A stretch of 64,000 nucleotides of DNA from an uncultured Acidobacteriota bacterium (lineage in GTDB: Bacteria; Acidobacteriota; Thermoanaerobaculia; UBA5066). Shown here piece after piece: positions 61,664 to 64,000 of this stretch. The stretch lies in contig CAVZYA010000001.1 in assembly GCA_963779415.1 (NCBI GenBank), forward strand, positions 1,696,001 to 1,760,000, written 5' to 3'. The stretch's first letter is position 1; each line of letters starts with the position of its first letter. Below the pieces are notes generated by a model. That model had not been told where the DNA came from. It was given only the letters and a program-made list of their open reading frames with translations, and did not search any database. Made by a program: the position numbers and the translations under genes.

Positions 61664-62245
61664 ATGCGAGAGCTCCGGTCCGCCGTAAATGCCGTTTTCC
61701 TCTTCTTCGTCTTCCTCTTCGTCTATGCGGTCGTCTCTCCCGGCCACGCCAGGGCGAGCGCCCACTCCCCCCGCTTTCTCCGGATGACGATCGAGGACCC
61801 GGAGGGGCGCCACGGCCACCCCGACCGGATCTCCTTCTCGGTCCCGTACGGCTTCATCCGGGGGGGGCTCCGGTTCGCCAGCCTCGGCAGGCTGCATCGC
61901 GAGCTGGACCTTCACCTCGGGGATCCCGTGGCGGCGGACGAGGTTCAGTCGATATGGAAGGAGATCTCGGAGAAACCGGAAGGAACCGAGATCGTCCGGA
62001 AGCGGGACGGAGAGGAGCTGACGCTCAAACGCGAAGGGGCCACCCTCACGGTCGTCCAGAAGAAGGACGACAGCCCCGACGAGACGGTCACACTCCGGAT
62101 CCCGGTGAAGCTCCTCGAGGCCGTCGCCGCGAAAGACCGGAGCCTCGACGTCGACGCGATCCTCTCCGAGCTCAAGAATCTCGACCGGGGAGAGCTTCTG
62201 GACGTCAAAGCCCGGGACGCCCGGGTCCGCGTCTGGATCGAATGA
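61664..62245 (+). CDS. Exported hypothetical protein
   Basis: Strong RBS, signal peptide ending ARA, C-terminal VRVWIE. Confidence 0.75.
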   Translation: MRELRSAVNAVFLFFVFLFVYAVVSPGHARASAHSPRFLRMTIEDPEGRHGHPDRISFSVPYGFIRGGLRFASLGRLHRELDLHLGDPVAADEVQSIWKEISEKPEGTEIVRKRDGEELTLKREGATLTVVQKKDDSPDETVTLRIPVKLLEAVAAKDRSLDVDAILSELKNLDRGELLDVKARDARVRVWIE

Positions 62246-62249
62246 TGTT

Positions 62250-62315
62250 CGGGGGGTGCGACGTCCCTTCGATCAGGAGTCATGCCGGGTTCGCACCCCC
62301 CGCGCCCCCCTGATC
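62250..62315 (+). repeat. REP-like hairpin repeat, copy 2, between convergent genes
   Basis: 12-bp stem CGGGGGGTGCGA/TCGCACCCCCCG; 22 nt shared with 27790-27811. Confidence 0.7.
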
Positions 62316-62338
62316 CGTCACCAGGTCATCCGGCGACG

Positions 62339-62881
62339 CTACTCGTCTTCGAAGGGATCCCGCCCCATCTCCTCGATGATCCGGTCGAGCCGGTAGTGGC
62401 ACGGCCCGAAGACGAACTTGATCTCGCCGTGCTCGCAGACGACGTCCCTCACGTGGACCGAAAGCTCCGGCGGGAGAACCGGGTTCAGGTTGATCACGAC
62501 GACGCGCTCGTCCGGGTAGAAGAAGGCCCGTCCGGGAGGCTGGTGCATCACGACTTTCCGGAGGATCCAGTTCGGGATCGGGATGACGCCGAAGACCTTG
62601 AGGTCGACGATCGCGAATCCGAGGAAGCCGTCCTTGAGGCGGAGAGACTCGAGGTGGCCGCGAAAGAGAATCCGGATCCGCTTCCGGACCCGGACCGTGA
62701 GCCCCAGCCGGCCGTTCTCCGGCTCGACGAGGATCTCCTCGATCTCGGGGACGTTCCGGACGGCTTTTCGGGCGACGGCGTTCAGCGTCGTCGCGTCGAC
62801 GGCCACCACGAGCCCGTCCCAGCGAACGGTCAAGGACGGCAGATCGGCGAAAGGCGTGACGAGTTCGGCGCCAGGTTTCAC
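62339..62881 (-). CDS. Hypothetical protein (start uncertain)
   Basis: Protein-like ORF filling the gap; GTG 62881 avoids overlap with the UbiA gene. Confidence 0.65.
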   Translation of the reverse strand: MKPGAELVTPFADLPSLTVRWDGLVVAVDATTLNAVARKAVRNVPEIEEILVEPENGRLGLTVRVRKRIRILFRGHLESLRLKDGFLGFAIVDLKVFGVIPIPNWILRKVVMHQPPGRAFFYPDERVVVINLNPVLPPELSVHVRDVVCEHGEIKFVFGPCHYRLDRIIEEMGRDPFEDE

Positions 62882-62927
62882 GGAGCCATGAGAAACCCGG
62901 CGGACGCCCCGCGTCAAGGGGCCGGAG

Positions 62928-63914
62928 TCACCGGATGACATAGGCGACGGCAAAGCCGATCTGAGCCGACATCATCATCAGGTACATATGGGTCCAGGAC
63001 GGGTGGTTTTCGGTGGCCGAAAGCTCGTCCGGATTCCGCATCAGGAGCCAGACCGTATAGGAGCCCCAGGCCGCAAGGAGAAGGCCGAGGGCCGAGAGGA
63101 GCACCGGATTCCCCGTGAGGAGGCGCTGGCCGGGCACCAGGGGATCGTCGAGGTGCGCGAGGAGCGGGAGGAGCAGCCATGGAGCGATGAAGAACGGGGC
63201 GATGATCCGGACGGCTTTCCGGTTGCCGTAGACGACCGGAAGAGTGCGGCACCCTCCCGCGCGATCGCCCGCGACGTCCGAGAAGTCCTTCGTCGAGGTC
63301 GCCCCGACGAGGAAGAGGGCGAAGAGGAGCCCGATCACCCACGGCTCGAGGCAGCCGGCCGAGGCGACGAGCGTCCACCCCGCGACCTTCAGCCAGCAGC
63401 CGCGTGGAAGCGCGATCGTGATGTTGGCCCAGATCCCGAATCGCTTGGTCCGTCCGAAGGCGGGAGCGGAGTAGACGAGCGTCGCGAGAAATCCGCCGAG
63501 GAAGAGGAAGAAGCACTGGTGTCGCGAGAGAGGCGCCGCCGCCCGCTCCCAGAAGGATCCCGTCGACGGCACCACGATCCACCAGACCGGGACGAGGGCG
63601 AGGACGTAGAGGGCCACCGTGAGCCGCCACGCCGACGGAACGGACGCTTCGCCCGTCACGAGCGGCCGGTCGGGTTTGTTGACACGGTCCACCTCGAGAT
63701 CCGTGATCTGGTTCAGCACGTTCGAGGCGGCGTTCAGGAGCGACGCGCAGAGCGATCCGAATGTGACGACCGCGAGGATCGCGAGCGTGACGCGTCTTGC
63801 GGGATCCGGGTTGTGGGCGCTGCCGAAGGCGCAGACCGCCCCGGAGAGGATCCCGAGAAGCGGCGGCAGGAGGGTGAAGGGACGCGTCAGCCGGACGACG
63901 ATCGAAAGCTTCAC
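62928..63914 (-). CDS. UbiA family prenyltransferase
   Basis: LTRPFT, NQITDLEVDRVNKPDRPL, YS.P, KDFSDVAGD; multiple TM helices. Confidence 0.9.
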   Translation of the reverse strand: MKLSIVVRLTRPFTLLPPLLGILSGAVCAFGSAHNPDPARRVTLAILAVVTFGSLCASLLNAASNVLNQITDLEVDRVNKPDRPLVTGEASVPSAWRLTVALYVLALVPVWWIVVPSTGSFWERAAAPLSRHQCFFLFLGGFLATLVYSAPAFGRTKRFGIWANITIALPRGCWLKVAGWTLVASAGCLEPWVIGLLFALFLVGATSTKDFSDVAGDRAGGCRTLPVVYGNRKAVRIIAPFFIAPWLLLPLLAHLDDPLVPGQRLLTGNPVLLSALGLLLAAWGSYTVWLLMRNPDELSATENHPSWTHMYLMMMSAQIGFAVAYVIR

Positions 63915-64000
63915 GGAAGACCTCCCGCTCCGGAGACGAGAAGGGCGACCCAGGCTCCGGTGAGCGTGTTGACGAAATTGAGGACGTGCCCGCTCGAGAG
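63911..64000 (-). CDS. 3' end of a membrane protein, possibly DUF92
   Basis: LSSGHVLNFVNTLTGAWVALLVSGAGGLP*; stop overlaps the UbiA GTG. Confidence 0.4.
   Translation of the reverse strand, partial: LSSGHVLNFVNTLTGAWVALLVSGAGGLP

Overview
Very GC-rich bacterial chromosomal DNA. Gene content and secreted-protein domain types suggest Acidobacteriota, possibly Thermoanaerobaculia (inference only). Most of the window is core genome. It holds a sigma54 two-component system, rpmE-prfA and prmC, a GNAT/M20/OSBS-NSAR cluster, and a ctaA-ctaB fusion with sco. It also holds SNF2-SWIM, the rplU-rpmA-obgE-nadD-rsfS-rlmH-dksA-holA run, lemA-TPM-TPM, a divergent rubrerythrin / peroxiredoxin-trxB locus, a tal-tkt-zwf-glk-fbp operon and hflX. 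Two accessory patches (about 40.2-43.3 kb and 48.65-52.2 kb) have no intact recombinase and share one architecture. Each carries a toxin-antitoxin pair, a secreted beta-propeller gene and nested gene stubs. Each is bounded by a diverged duplicate of the end of the neighbouring core gene and contains an AAGGGTCAG motif preceded by tandem stutter repeats (telomere-like in one case). Other oddities: a receiver-less sigma54 activator lacking the Walker B Glu inside the ribosome-biogenesis operon; an 11-bp inverted repeat linking a sigma54 promoter to the downstream start codon; many apparently leaderless genes; and several single-base frameshifts that are probably assembly errors. No rRNA, tRNA or CRISPR array was seen.
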